A DNA stretch of 55,421 nucleotides from a virus. Taxonomy: Duplodnaviria > Caudoviricetes. The translations under genes and the position numbers were made by a program. Shown here in pieces: positions 7,600 to 16,355 of the stretch. The DNA lies in IMG/VR virus record IMGVR_UViG_3300037743_000357, positions 1 through 55,421 of that record. One strand, given 5' to 3'. Within the stretch, counting starts at the first letter, position 1. Every line of letters starts with the position of its first letter. The notes under the pieces were generated by a model, which was not told the origin of the DNA, did not search any database, and saw only the letters and a program-made list of their open reading frames with translations.

Positions 7600-9249
7600 A
7601 TGGACCCAAACCGCTGTTTCATGATCCAAAACGCGCCCCTTCCAAGCGGCGGTGGCAACGTCGAATTCTCTCGCACCGTCAAAACCCCCCTGATCGTCCG
7701 GCGCACCGCCGCCATCGGAGATGCCTTGTGCGCGTCCATCGTCGCCCAAAAGCTCCAACAGATGGGCTATCATGTCCGCTACCAGACCCACCGGGATATC
7801 CATTGCGTGTTCCGGCGCCATCCCGAGATCAACGACGTGAGCGTTCCGGGCGGCGCCCCAGATGTGGATCTGGACGGGGCTTATGAGACCATGGTCGACC
7901 GCCAAAACCGCCATTTCCATGATATGTTCTTCGAGGTCGCCGGGCGGCAGTTAGCCAAGCGCGGCATCGCCCTGGGCAACGCCAACAATCTGACGCCGCG
8001 ATTGGTGGTCGCGCCCGAAGCGCGGGAACGAGCCTCCCGAGCCTTCGGTGACCATCTCCGTCCGTGGGTCATCATCAGTCCAAGATCGAACAGCTACAAC
8101 GTCCGGCAAGTGGCCGATGCGGTGTGGGTGGAAGTGGCGCCCAAAATCAATGGCACCTGCTTCTGGATGGGCACGACGCCCGCGCCCCCTGGCACCGTAG
8201 ACTTAACCGCGCGCCACTTGGATAACATCATCGAATGGATCGGGGCGGCGGACCTTGTGGTTTCGGTGGACACCGGCCCGCTCCACATCGCCGCGGCATT
8301 GCGCACTCCCCTGGTGGCCATCGAACAATCTTCAAGCCCCCAACTGCATCTCTCCGACTTGATCGATTATACGAGCGTGCAAGGGACTTTGGACTGCTTG
8401 AACTGCCAGAAGAATATATGCCCCAAAAACCAGCACCTTCCCCCATGCCAGTATTTGGACGCCTCGATCATCGCCAAAGCCGTCAATGATCGGCTTTCAC
8501 AAAAAGGCAAGGTCTCCTGCATCATCTCGACGTTCAACGCGCCGGTTGGCCGGCTCAACAAATGCATCGCCAGCGTCATCAATCAGGTCGATGAAGTCAT
8601 CGTGACGAAAGAGAAAAATGCTATCATCCCGCCAGGCGCCACGACCCATCCCAAGGTCCGCTACGTGTCGAGCCGATTCTCAAAGCTCGGGTACGGCAAG
8701 AACATGAACTTTGGCGCGCGCCATTCCAGCGGAGAATTTCTGTGGTTCTTGAACGATGACTGCTACCCGGCCGCCGATTGCCGCGAGAAAATGATGGAGG
8801 TCATGACCGACGGAGTGGGCATGGTGGGCCATCTGTTGAGATACCCAAATGGCCAGATCTGTCACGCCGGCAAGTTCAGAAACCCGGGCATGCGCGGCTG
8901 GGGCCTGTTCGACAACCGCCAATGGCACAACACCGTCAAGGAACCCATCCAAATGGAGAACGTTACCGGAACCAGCGTACTCGTCAGACGGGAAGCTTTC
9001 TATGGGTGCGGCGCGTTTGACGAGGACTTCTTTCTGTACGCCGAGGATGACGCGTTCGCCCTGGCCATGGGGCAGGCCGGTTGGAAGATCATGTACACCC
9101 CCCACGCCATGGCCACGCACGATGAAGCGGCCACGACCAGCAAGTTCAAGGAGTTCCTGCCCTGGGTTCAGGCGGGCAACGCCACGCTCGAACGCAAATG
9201 GGGCTGGTGGCTCGACAAAAACAAAAACACGATACCAGGAATATTCTAA
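7600..9249 (+). CDS. Bifunctional glycosyltransferase: GT9 (heptosyltransferase-like) fused to GT2 (WbbL/rhamnosyltransferase-like)
   Basis: GT9: AIGDAL, ADLVVSVDTGPLHIAAALRTP, C..C....C...PC; GT2: IISTFN, GYGKNMNFG, FLNDD, GAFDEDFFLYAED. Confidence 0.9.
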   Translation: MDPNRCFMIQNAPLPSGGGNVEFSRTVKTPLIVRRTAAIGDALCASIVAQKLQQMGYHVRYQTHRDIHCVFRRHPEINDVSVPGGAPDVDLDGAYETMVDRQNRHFHDMFFEVAGRQLAKRGIALGNANNLTPRLVVAPEARERASRAFGDHLRPWVIISPRSNSYNVRQVADAVWVEVAPKINGTCFWMGTTPAPPGTVDLTARHLDNIIEWIGAADLVVSVDTGPLHIAAALRTPLVAIEQSSSPQLHLSDLIDYTSVQGTLDCLNCQKNICPKNQHLPPCQYLDASIIAKAVNDRLSQKGKVSCIISTFNAPVGRLNKCIASVINQVDEVIVTKEKNAIIPPGATTHPKVRYVSSRFSKLGYGKNMNFGARHSSGEFLWFLNDDCYPAADCREKMMEVMTDGVGMVGHLLRYPNGQICHAGKFRNPGMRGWGLFDNRQWHNTVKEPIQMENVTGTSVLVRREAFYGCGAFDEDFFLYAEDDAFALAMGQAGWKIMYTPHAMATHDEAATTSKFKEFLPWVQAGNATLERKWGWWLDKNKNTIPGIF

Positions 9250-9252
9250 CTT

Positions 9253-10161
9253 ATGATTCTCATATTCGGTTCGAACGGTTACTTGGGCAGCGCCATCACC
9301 CGGGCATTGGACGATCAAGGCATGACATGGCAGGCGGGCACCATCGACGCGCATTTTCCATCGCGATTCGCCGATCTTGTTGAACAAATCACTGATGCCG
9401 ATCCGGACTTCGTAATCAACGCCGCGGCCTTCATACCGCCCAATTCGGTTTATGACTGCGAAGAGTCCCCACTGGAAACGGTGCGCGGCAATTATCTCTT
9501 GCCCGTCGAACTGGCCCATGCCTGCCAAATTTGCGAAGTGACCTTGGTACACATCTCCACCGGATGCCTCTTCCAAGGAGATAATGGAGTAAAAGGTTGG
9601 AGCGAAGAGGATGCCCCGCAATTGACTTGGGACCAGCACCCCGGCATCTACCTTGCCTCCAAGCACGCCGCCGAATTGGTCGTGGCCGCCAATCCGGACA
9701 ACTACATCTTTCGCGTGCGCCTCTTGTTCGACCAGTTCGATCATCCGCGCAATCTGCTCACCAAAATGGCGAACTTCCACTGGATATGTAGTTGGGATAA
9801 TTCCTTGACCAACCGCACTCAGGCCGCTGGGCACATGGTTGAGTTGCTCATGAAAAACGCCCACCCCGGCATCTACCACTTGACCAACCCTGGCGCCATT
9901 TCCAGCGAGGAACTTTCCAAGATGGTGCGAATTTCCCGTGGCATCAATGGGAATCCAGAATTCGAAAGTCCAGAAGAATTTCAACTGCGCTACCCCAAGA
10001 CCATCAAATCCAACTGTGTGCTTTCCTGCCAGAAGTTGGAGAAAGCTTTGGGCCACGAAATCATGACCGTGCATGAATCAGTCGAGTTTTCCCTTAACAA
10101 TTGGACCTCCTCAACCCATGTATATCGAACACACCCATTGCCGCATCTGCCAATCCAATGA
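9253..10161 (+). CDS. NDP-4-keto-6-deoxyglucose 3,5-epimerase/4-reductase (RmlD fold, NRS/ER-like)
   Basis: GSNGYLG, INAAA, STGCLF, EEDAP, YLASK (YxxxK), RVRL, PRNLLTK, NSLT, GIYHLTNPG, SNCVL follow the plant UER1-type bifunctional enzyme pattern. Confidence 0.85.
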   Translation: MILIFGSNGYLGSAITRALDDQGMTWQAGTIDAHFPSRFADLVEQITDADPDFVINAAAFIPPNSVYDCEESPLETVRGNYLLPVELAHACQICEVTLVHISTGCLFQGDNGVKGWSEEDAPQLTWDQHPGIYLASKHAAELVVAANPDNYIFRVRLLFDQFDHPRNLLTKMANFHWICSWDNSLTNRTQAAGHMVELLMKNAHPGIYHLTNPGAISSEELSKMVRISRGINGNPEFESPEEFQLRYPKTIKSNCVLSCQKLEKALGHEIMTVHESVEFSLNNWTSSTHVYRTHPLPHLPIQ

Positions 10162-11287
10162 ACTGCTTCCAGTTCTAGACTTGGGAGTGCAACCCTTGGC
10201 CAACGACTTTCGACCTCCGGGCCACGCGCGCCAAGGCATGGTGCCCTTGAAACTGTTGCTCTGCCCGGAGTGTCTACTGGGCCAGCTTTCCGTTGTCGTC
10301 GATCCCATCGTTCTCTACGCCAATTACGCCTACTCGACTTCCACCACCCAAACCATGCGCGCGCACTGGGATTGGTTGATTGATGAATTTTTGAAACTTA
10401 CGCCCGCCAAGAAGGTCGTGGAGATCGGCAGCAACGACGGCGCGTTTTTGGCCCACTTGAAAAAGTCGGTGCCTGACCGGCAAGTGCTGGGCATCGACCC
10501 GTCCGTTCAATTCTGCAAGTCGGCCCTTGAACAAGGTGTTCCCACCATTCGAAAAATGTGGGGCATCGGCGCGGCGCATGAGGCGCTGGCAAGGTTCAAA
10601 CCTGATCTTGTCGTCGCAAGGCACGTCTTTGCCCACATGAACGATTGGAAAGGGACCATGGAAGCTTTGGATTGTTTGTGCTCCAAAGACACGGTCGTGG
10701 CCATCGAAGTGCCCAACGCGGTGAGCATGCTCAGGTCAAACTACTTCGATCAGGTTTACCACGAACACTTGAGTTACATCACACCTTATTCGATGTGGAA
10801 ACTACTGGCGCAAACTCCATTCCGATGCTTCCAAGTGCTTTACTCTGCGGTCCACGGCGGCAGCACGGTTTACTTTCTCAACAAACATCCCGACACACAT
10901 CAACTGGTTTATTCAAAGATGGGCATCAATATCAGTGATTGGGAAACATTTGCCAGCGATTCAAAAATAAAAATCGAGCGATTCCATAAAATGGCAACCA
11001 ATAGTGACACTCCGTTTTCATTGGTTGGATACGGAGCACCGGCCAAAAGCACCGTCTGGATTCAAGCCGCCAAACTGGATAAGACACATTTAAAATGCCT
11101 GTTTGATTGCAATCCTAGAAAAGTCGGAACCTTAAGCCCCGGCACCGATATCCCCGTACACGCGGAATCAGAATTCAAAGATGTTGGAACTCCAAGGGCT
11201 GTTCTATTCGCTTGGAATTACGAGTCGGAAATCAAACGCAAACAGGCTGACTGGATCGAGGCAGGCGGAAAATTCATGTTACCATGA
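10118..11287 (+). CDS. NDP-hexose C-methyltransferase (TylC3/TcaB9/NovU class)
   Basis: Zn site CRIC...CPEC, LDLG.QPLAN.F, EIGSNDG, FDQVYHEH, HGGS, YGAPAK, K.G..SPGT.IP, AWNY..EI. Confidence 0.92.
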   Translation: MYIEHTHCRICQSNELLPVLDLGVQPLANDFRPPGHARQGMVPLKLLLCPECLLGQLSVVVDPIVLYANYAYSTSTTQTMRAHWDWLIDEFLKLTPAKKVVEIGSNDGAFLAHLKKSVPDRQVLGIDPSVQFCKSALEQGVPTIRKMWGIGAAHEALARFKPDLVVARHVFAHMNDWKGTMEALDCLCSKDTVVAIEVPNAVSMLRSNYFDQVYHEHLSYITPYSMWKLLAQTPFRCFQVLYSAVHGGSTVYFLNKHPDTHQLVYSKMGINISDWETFASDSKIKIERFHKMATNSDTPFSLVGYGAPAKSTVWIQAAKLDKTHLKCLFDCNPRKVGTLSPGTDIPVHAESEFKDVGTPRAVLFAWNYESEIKRKQADWIEAGGKFMLP

Positions 11288-12264
11288 AATGGCTTCTAAT
11301 CACCAACGTCGACAACGAAAACCCGGGCGATGAATTTATCCGGATCGCCATCGAAGACATGATCCGGCGCGCGGACTCGGATGCTACCTTCGATCTACTC
11401 AACAAGGATGACCCGGCCCATTACCACGAACGCCCCTTCGACCGAGCCGTTTGGTGCGGGTCGCCCATGTTCTTCGAGGACTGCCAGGATTATCCCTGGT
11501 GGGGAGCGCTCGTACGCGGTTGGCTATTCAAGGACAGATCCAAGATCCTGGTTTTGGGCGTTGGCGATGCCGTTGGGCCGCTGCCAACTTCCAGCAGGTT
11601 TGCCCAGGCTGTTGACGAAGTGATTCAAAAATCTTGGGCGCTGGTTTCACGCAACTGGATCATCGAAGACTCGCGCATCATCCAAAGCGTGTGCCCGGCG
11701 GCGTTCTGTCTGCTCGACGCCAAACCCAAGGAACGGTTCATCTGCAATCTGATGGAAGGGGCCACGCACGAGAAGAACTTGAACCCGCGCCAATCTGCGG
11801 TTTGGGATGAAAAAATCCAGGACGTTTCCGACTGGCTCAAGGCCCATGGTTTTTATTTCCTGGGCCACAACGAGCCCGAAGAGCAATTGGCCATGCGGCT
11901 CGGCTGGCCGGAAGACAGAATTCTTGAACGCCCCGCGACCGCCCAAGGTTACTTGGATCTGTACTCCACGGCCAAGGGCTACATCGGCAACCGCCTTCAT
12001 GGCGCGGTCGTGGTCGCCGGATCGGGCGGGAGAGCGTGGGGTATCGGAACTGATTCACGCCTCAAAATGGCGGCGCTTGCCGGCGCGCGCATCTCACTTC
12101 CATCCCAATGGAGGGAGCGAGACGCCAAGGATTGGCTGGCCAATCCCGAAGTGCTCCACAACCGTTCCAACGGGATGCTTGGCAACGAATGGGTCAGGCA
12201 ATGTCGTCTGGTCAAAGCCTTCGCCGCCCAAGAAGTTCTTGAGGTTGGCTCTGATAGCGCGTAA
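11284..12264 (+). CDS. Polysaccharide pyruvyl transferase family protein
   Basis: N.GDEFI, LGVG, ALVSRN, CPAAF, IGNRLHGAVV, DSR motifs. Confidence 0.75.
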   Translation: MKWLLITNVDNENPGDEFIRIAIEDMIRRADSDATFDLLNKDDPAHYHERPFDRAVWCGSPMFFEDCQDYPWWGALVRGWLFKDRSKILVLGVGDAVGPLPTSSRFAQAVDEVIQKSWALVSRNWIIEDSRIIQSVCPAAFCLLDAKPKERFICNLMEGATHEKNLNPRQSAVWDEKIQDVSDWLKAHGFYFLGHNEPEEQLAMRLGWPEDRILERPATAQGYLDLYSTAKGYIGNRLHGAVVVAGSGGRAWGIGTDSRLKMAALAGARISLPSQWRERDAKDWLANPEVLHNRSNGMLGNEWVRQCRLVKAFAAQEVLEVGSDSA

Positions 12265-12275
12265 ATCATTGTCTT

Positions 12276-14597
12276 ATGGCTCTATTCAAAGATCCCGCCG
12301 AGGTCGAGATGGTATGCCAGCAGATGCGCCTCTCCGATTACCCGCGCTCGTTGAACCGGGCCATGATCAACTCTCTGGCCAACGGCTCGCCTCCCTACAC
12401 GGAGGAGGATGCTCAAAAGGATAGCATCAAAATCAACGTCAACGATCTGACGCTGACCCGGGAACTGCACGACGCGCGCACCCAGTTCGCCAGCGCCTTC
12501 ACCAAACCGGGAACCTGCTTCACTGCCCGCACCGACCTTGGACCCGTCCACAAGCGCGAAGCCTGGGGCGCCATCGTCACCAAGGAAATCAACCAGGTGA
12601 TGAAGCGTTCCCTTGGGTTTTACGAGTCTTTCCGAGCCAAGTTTGCCCAAACCATCCTGCACGGCATCGGCCCATCGATATTCACCGACAAGGACAGATG
12701 GTGTCCGAAGCCCCTAGGCATCGAGGACGTGATGATCCCAAGCCAGACGTTGCTATCCGATATAGCCGAGAACAACCTTCCTTTCCTGGCGCTTTACCGG
12801 AGCTTCAAGGCGCCCGAACTGATGCGATTGACGCGCGGAGCGAAGGTCGATGCGGGCTGGAACATGAAGGCCGTCAATCAAAGTATCGACTGGCTGGATG
12901 AACAAACCCGCATCTACGCCAACAACAATTGGCCGGAAACATGGGCGCCAGAGAAAAAGGAGGAACGCACCAAGAGCGATGGGGATGTTTACGCGAGCGA
13001 CGCCGCGCCTCGAATAAACGCATGGGACTTCTACTTCTACGACGAACGCAAAAAACACAGCGGATGGCGCCGGCGTATGATCTTGGACGCTTGGACCAGC
13101 CCTTCACCCCTTGCAAGCGGCGCCAAATCCGATCCGGACCCTGGCAAAACCTGGGCGCGCGGCCAATGGCTCTACAATAGCGACCGGGTGGTGGCAGATC
13201 ATTTGTGTGAACTGGTCAATTTCCAATTCGCAGACCTTTCAGCGGTGGCCCCATTTCACTACCATTCGGTGCGTTCCTTGGGGTATCTACTCTATTCGGT
13301 GTGCCACCTTCAGAACCGGCTCAACTGCCGATTCAACGAGGCGGTGTTCGAGTCGTTGCTCATGTATTTTCGAGTGAAAAACGCCGATGACATGCAACGG
13401 GCGCTCAAGGTGGAACTGTCGAGCCGCGGCATCATCGAGGAAGGCATCGAGTTCGTGCCCGCCGCCGAGCGTTACCAGCCCAACGCGCCATTGATCACCC
13501 TGGGCATGCAGCGGATGAGCGATTTGATCAAGCGCAACGCCCAGTCCTACACGGGCAACACGATCAACGCGCCCGACCGCCGGGAAATCACCGCCACCCA
13601 GTTCATGGGCGAGCAACAAACCGCCGTGCAACTGGTCTCCGCGGGCCTGGCTCAGGCTTACCAGTATCAAATGGTCGAGTATCGTGAGATCTTTAGGCGA
13701 TTCTGCCGCAAGAATTCACGGGACGCGGACGTGCGCAAATTCCGGGAGCGAGTTTTGAGGCGCGGCGTGCCAGAGGAGTATTTGGATGCCGATTGTTGGG
13801 AGATCGAGGCCGAGCGCGTCATGGGTGCCGGAAACAAGACATTGGAACTGGCGATTGCCGAGAAGTTGCTGGCACTGCGCCCAGCCCTGGACCCGCAACC
13901 TCAGCGGGAGATCCTACGTAAAGCCATTCTGGCTTACACCGACGACCCGGGCCAGGCGTTGTCCCTGGTCCCGGAGCAGCCCAAGATTTCCGATTCGGTT
14001 CACGACGCGCAGTTGGCCACGGGCGCGCTCATGGCCGGCTTCCCGGTCGCCATCAAGAGCGGCATAAACCATGTCGATTACGTGGAAGCGTTGATGGCGA
14101 ATATCGCGCTCAAAATCGCCGAGATCCGCAAGCGCGACAACATGGGGACGCTCGAAGAGTTGCAGGGACTCGACAATATGATGCGCCACATGGTCGAGCA
14201 CATGGCCATTCTCGCTCAGGACCCCGGCGCTAAGCAGATCGTGGCCGAATTCAACCAACAGACCCATGAGCTACAGAATTTGATCAAGGGATTCGTGCAA
14301 CGCTTGCAGCAAGCCATGGAAGCGCAGGCCCAAGAACAGGGAAATCAACCCGACCCGGAAGCGATGGCGAAGATCCAAGCCATGATGATGCAGTCCCAAG
14401 CCAAGGCGGAGAACACCCGCGAAAGCCATGCGCAGAGAACCGCCCAACGCCAGATCGCCTTCGAGATGGAACAGGAACGGCGCGCCCAAGAGTTTGCTGC
14501 CGAACAGGAGCGCGAGAACGTGCGCACCGCCGCCGAAATAACCCGCGAATCGGTTAAAGAAGCCAATGAGCCCAAAACAACGTCTTCATCAGGATAA
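12276..14597 (+). CDS. Portal protein (P22-like, long C-terminal helical barrel)
   Basis: 773 aa; REITATQ motif; Q/E/A-rich coiled-coil tail; precedes scaffold and capsid. Confidence 0.8.
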   Translation: MALFKDPAEVEMVCQQMRLSDYPRSLNRAMINSLANGSPPYTEEDAQKDSIKINVNDLTLTRELHDARTQFASAFTKPGTCFTARTDLGPVHKREAWGAIVTKEINQVMKRSLGFYESFRAKFAQTILHGIGPSIFTDKDRWCPKPLGIEDVMIPSQTLLSDIAENNLPFLALYRSFKAPELMRLTRGAKVDAGWNMKAVNQSIDWLDEQTRIYANNNWPETWAPEKKEERTKSDGDVYASDAAPRINAWDFYFYDERKKHSGWRRRMILDAWTSPSPLASGAKSDPDPGKTWARGQWLYNSDRVVADHLCELVNFQFADLSAVAPFHYHSVRSLGYLLYSVCHLQNRLNCRFNEAVFESLLMYFRVKNADDMQRALKVELSSRGIIEEGIEFVPAAERYQPNAPLITLGMQRMSDLIKRNAQSYTGNTINAPDRREITATQFMGEQQTAVQLVSAGLAQAYQYQMVEYREIFRRFCRKNSRDADVRKFRERVLRRGVPEEYLDADCWEIEAERVMGAGNKTLELAIAEKLLALRPALDPQPQREILRKAILAYTDDPGQALSLVPEQPKISDSVHDAQLATGALMAGFPVAIKSGINHVDYVEALMANIALKIAEIRKRDNMGTLEELQGLDNMMRHMVEHMAILAQDPGAKQIVAEFNQQTHELQNLIKGFVQRLQQAMEAQAQEQGNQPDPEAMAKIQAMMMQSQAKAENTRESHAQRTAQRQIAFEMEQERRAQEFAAEQERENVRTAAEITRESVKEANEPKTTSSSG

Positions 14598-14829
14598 AAA
14601 CCAGGCTCGCTCCGTCGGGCAGTTCGTCAACCAAATCGAGATGCAGAAGGTTTTGGACCTGGCGACTTTGGAACTGGCGCATCAACTGGCCAAGGCCGAC
14701 TTGGACCCCGCCGCGATGCATTGGAAACTGGCCGGCGCGCATGATTTTTGCAGAATTCTCCTGGATTTGGGCGTCTTGCCCGAAATCCCCAAACACCAAC
14801 CCCCAGCCCAATTAAATCACAATGCCTGA
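14566..14829 (+). CDS. Small protein between portal and scaffold
   Basis: Fills the gap in a position typical of podoviruses. Confidence 0.6.
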   Translation: MSPKQRLHQDKNQARSVGQFVNQIEMQKVLDLATLELAHQLAKADLDPAAMHWKLAGAHDFCRILLDLGVLPEIPKHQPPAQLNHNA

Positions 14830-16123
14830 AGCACCCGCTGCCCCACCCCCGACCCCGGCTCCCGCCGCGCCACCCCCAAAACCTTCCGGAAGCGCGTTTC
14901 CGCCCAGCACGGGGGAAATCCGATTGGACCAGTTGACCCCGCCGCCCGATGCGCCCAAGCCCACATCGCGCAAGGCCAAGATGTTCGAGGATCTTCAAAA
15001 GTCAGCCAACAAGTCCAACCCGCAATCCATCGCGCCGCCCGAGCCCGATCCCAAGCCAAAACCTGCCCCGGAACCTGCGGCGCCCGAGCCCGAAGAGCCC
15101 CAACCCGAACCGCCGGCGGATGACACCGACGACTTGGCGGACCTGAAGACTTCCAAGGAACCAGATGCCAAGGGCAAGAAACCGAGTCCATGGAAGATTG
15201 CCGAGGAATATAAGAAGAAAAGCGCCCAGTTGGAGAAGGAACTTGCCGAGGCGCGCGCCAATTCCACGGCCAAAAAGGAATACGAAGCGTTGCAGAAACA
15301 GTTCAAGGAAGTTTCCGATCGCACCGCCCAAATGGAAGAGGAACTGCGCTACGTCAATTATCAGAAGAGCGATGAGTTCAAGAAGCAGTACAAAGAGCCC
15401 TACGAAGCGGCCTGGAAACGGGCCATGGACGAGTTGGGCCAATTGACCGTCGATGACGCCGGCACGATGCGCCCGATCAACGCTCAGGACTTACTTCAAT
15501 TGGTCAATCTTCCTCTCCAGAAGGCCAAGGAAGCGGCCAAGGCGTTGTTCGGGGATTTGGCCGACGACGTGATGAGCCACCGCAAGGAGATCAAGAGTCT
15601 TTTCGACGTGCAATTGAGCGCATTGGAGGAAGCCAAAAAGGTCGGCGCCGAGCGGGAGAAGCAAAAGGCTATGGAGATGGAGGCCAGACATAAGGAAATG
15701 AACGAGTTTGTTTCCAAGAACTGGAGCCAAGCCAACGAGGAAGTCGCCCAGGACGAACGTTTCGGCAAATTTTTCAGCGAAGATCCCAAAGACCAGTCCG
15801 GCAACGAACGGCTTCGCAAAGGTTTCGCGCTGGTTGACAAGGTATGGGGTGAAAACCCCATGGACCCGCGCCATTCCCCCGAGGAGAGGCAGCGTATCAT
15901 CCGAAGTCACGCCATGTTACGGAACCGGGCCGCGGCCTTCGGGCGACTGGTGGCGACCAACCAGAATCTGGAGAAACAGATTGCCCAATTGAGCGAAGAA
16001 CTGGAGTCATTCAAGGCAAGCGAGCCGGCCAGATCGGGCAGTCAAAGTGGCTCTGAACAACCTCAAGGAAGAGGTCCATGGCGCCAGCAAGTGGAAGCCG
16101 AACTCAAAAAGAGAGCCAGATAA
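14822..16123 (+). CDS. Capsid scaffolding protein
   Basis: Pro/acidic disordered N-terminus, long coiled coil, basic C-terminal helix; directly upstream of capsid. Confidence 0.75.
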   Translation: MPEAPAAPPPTPAPAAPPPKPSGSAFPPSTGEIRLDQLTPPPDAPKPTSRKAKMFEDLQKSANKSNPQSIAPPEPDPKPKPAPEPAAPEPEEPQPEPPADDTDDLADLKTSKEPDAKGKKPSPWKIAEEYKKKSAQLEKELAEARANSTAKKEYEALQKQFKEVSDRTAQMEEELRYVNYQKSDEFKKQYKEPYEAAWKRAMDELGQLTVDDAGTMRPINAQDLLQLVNLPLQKAKEAAKALFGDLADDVMSHRKEIKSLFDVQLSALEEAKKVGAEREKQKAMEMEARHKEMNEFVSKNWSQANEEVAQDERFGKFFSEDPKDQSGNERLRKGFALVDKVWGENPMDPRHSPEERQRIIRSHAMLRNRAAAFGRLVATNQNLEKQIAQLSEELESFKASEPARSGSQSGSEQPQGRGPWRQQVEAELKKRAR

Positions 16124-16127
16124 AGCG

Positions 16128-16156
16128 TTGACAGATTTTCTGGCCGGGTGTAACGC
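16128..16156 (+). promoter_or_regulatory. Sigma70-like promoter for capsid gene
   Basis: TTGACA-17 nt-TAACGC. Confidence 0.55.
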
Positions 16157-16188
16157 TTGGCCCAGTAGTTGTCCTTTAACAGAAATTT

Positions 16189-16351
16189 TGCCGATTGGAA
16201 GGGCAGCGGTCGGCAGGCCAATCCGGAGCCATTAATCCGGTGCCCGCTTCTAAAGGCGTAGCTTCTAAAACGCCCCCCACGCAAGAAAACCGTTCGATGC
16301 AACGTTGCATCGATGGACTGCGTGTAAAGTGTAAACCTTTACGTTTTAGAA
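16189..16351 (+). ncRNA. Structured 5' leader of capsid mRNA (candidate cis-regulatory RNA)
   Basis: Stems 16189-97/16207-15, 16223-27/16236-40, 16263-72/16342-51; 20-bp perfect palindrome 16294-16313. Confidence 0.45.
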
Positions 16352-16355
16352 ACTT

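Noticed and set aside
8680-10074. Long antisense ORFs (also 24969-26384, 28555-29694, 33273-34685, 38576-39595)
   Set aside because: These are shadow frames of well-supported genes in GC-rich DNA, with no recognisable motifs.
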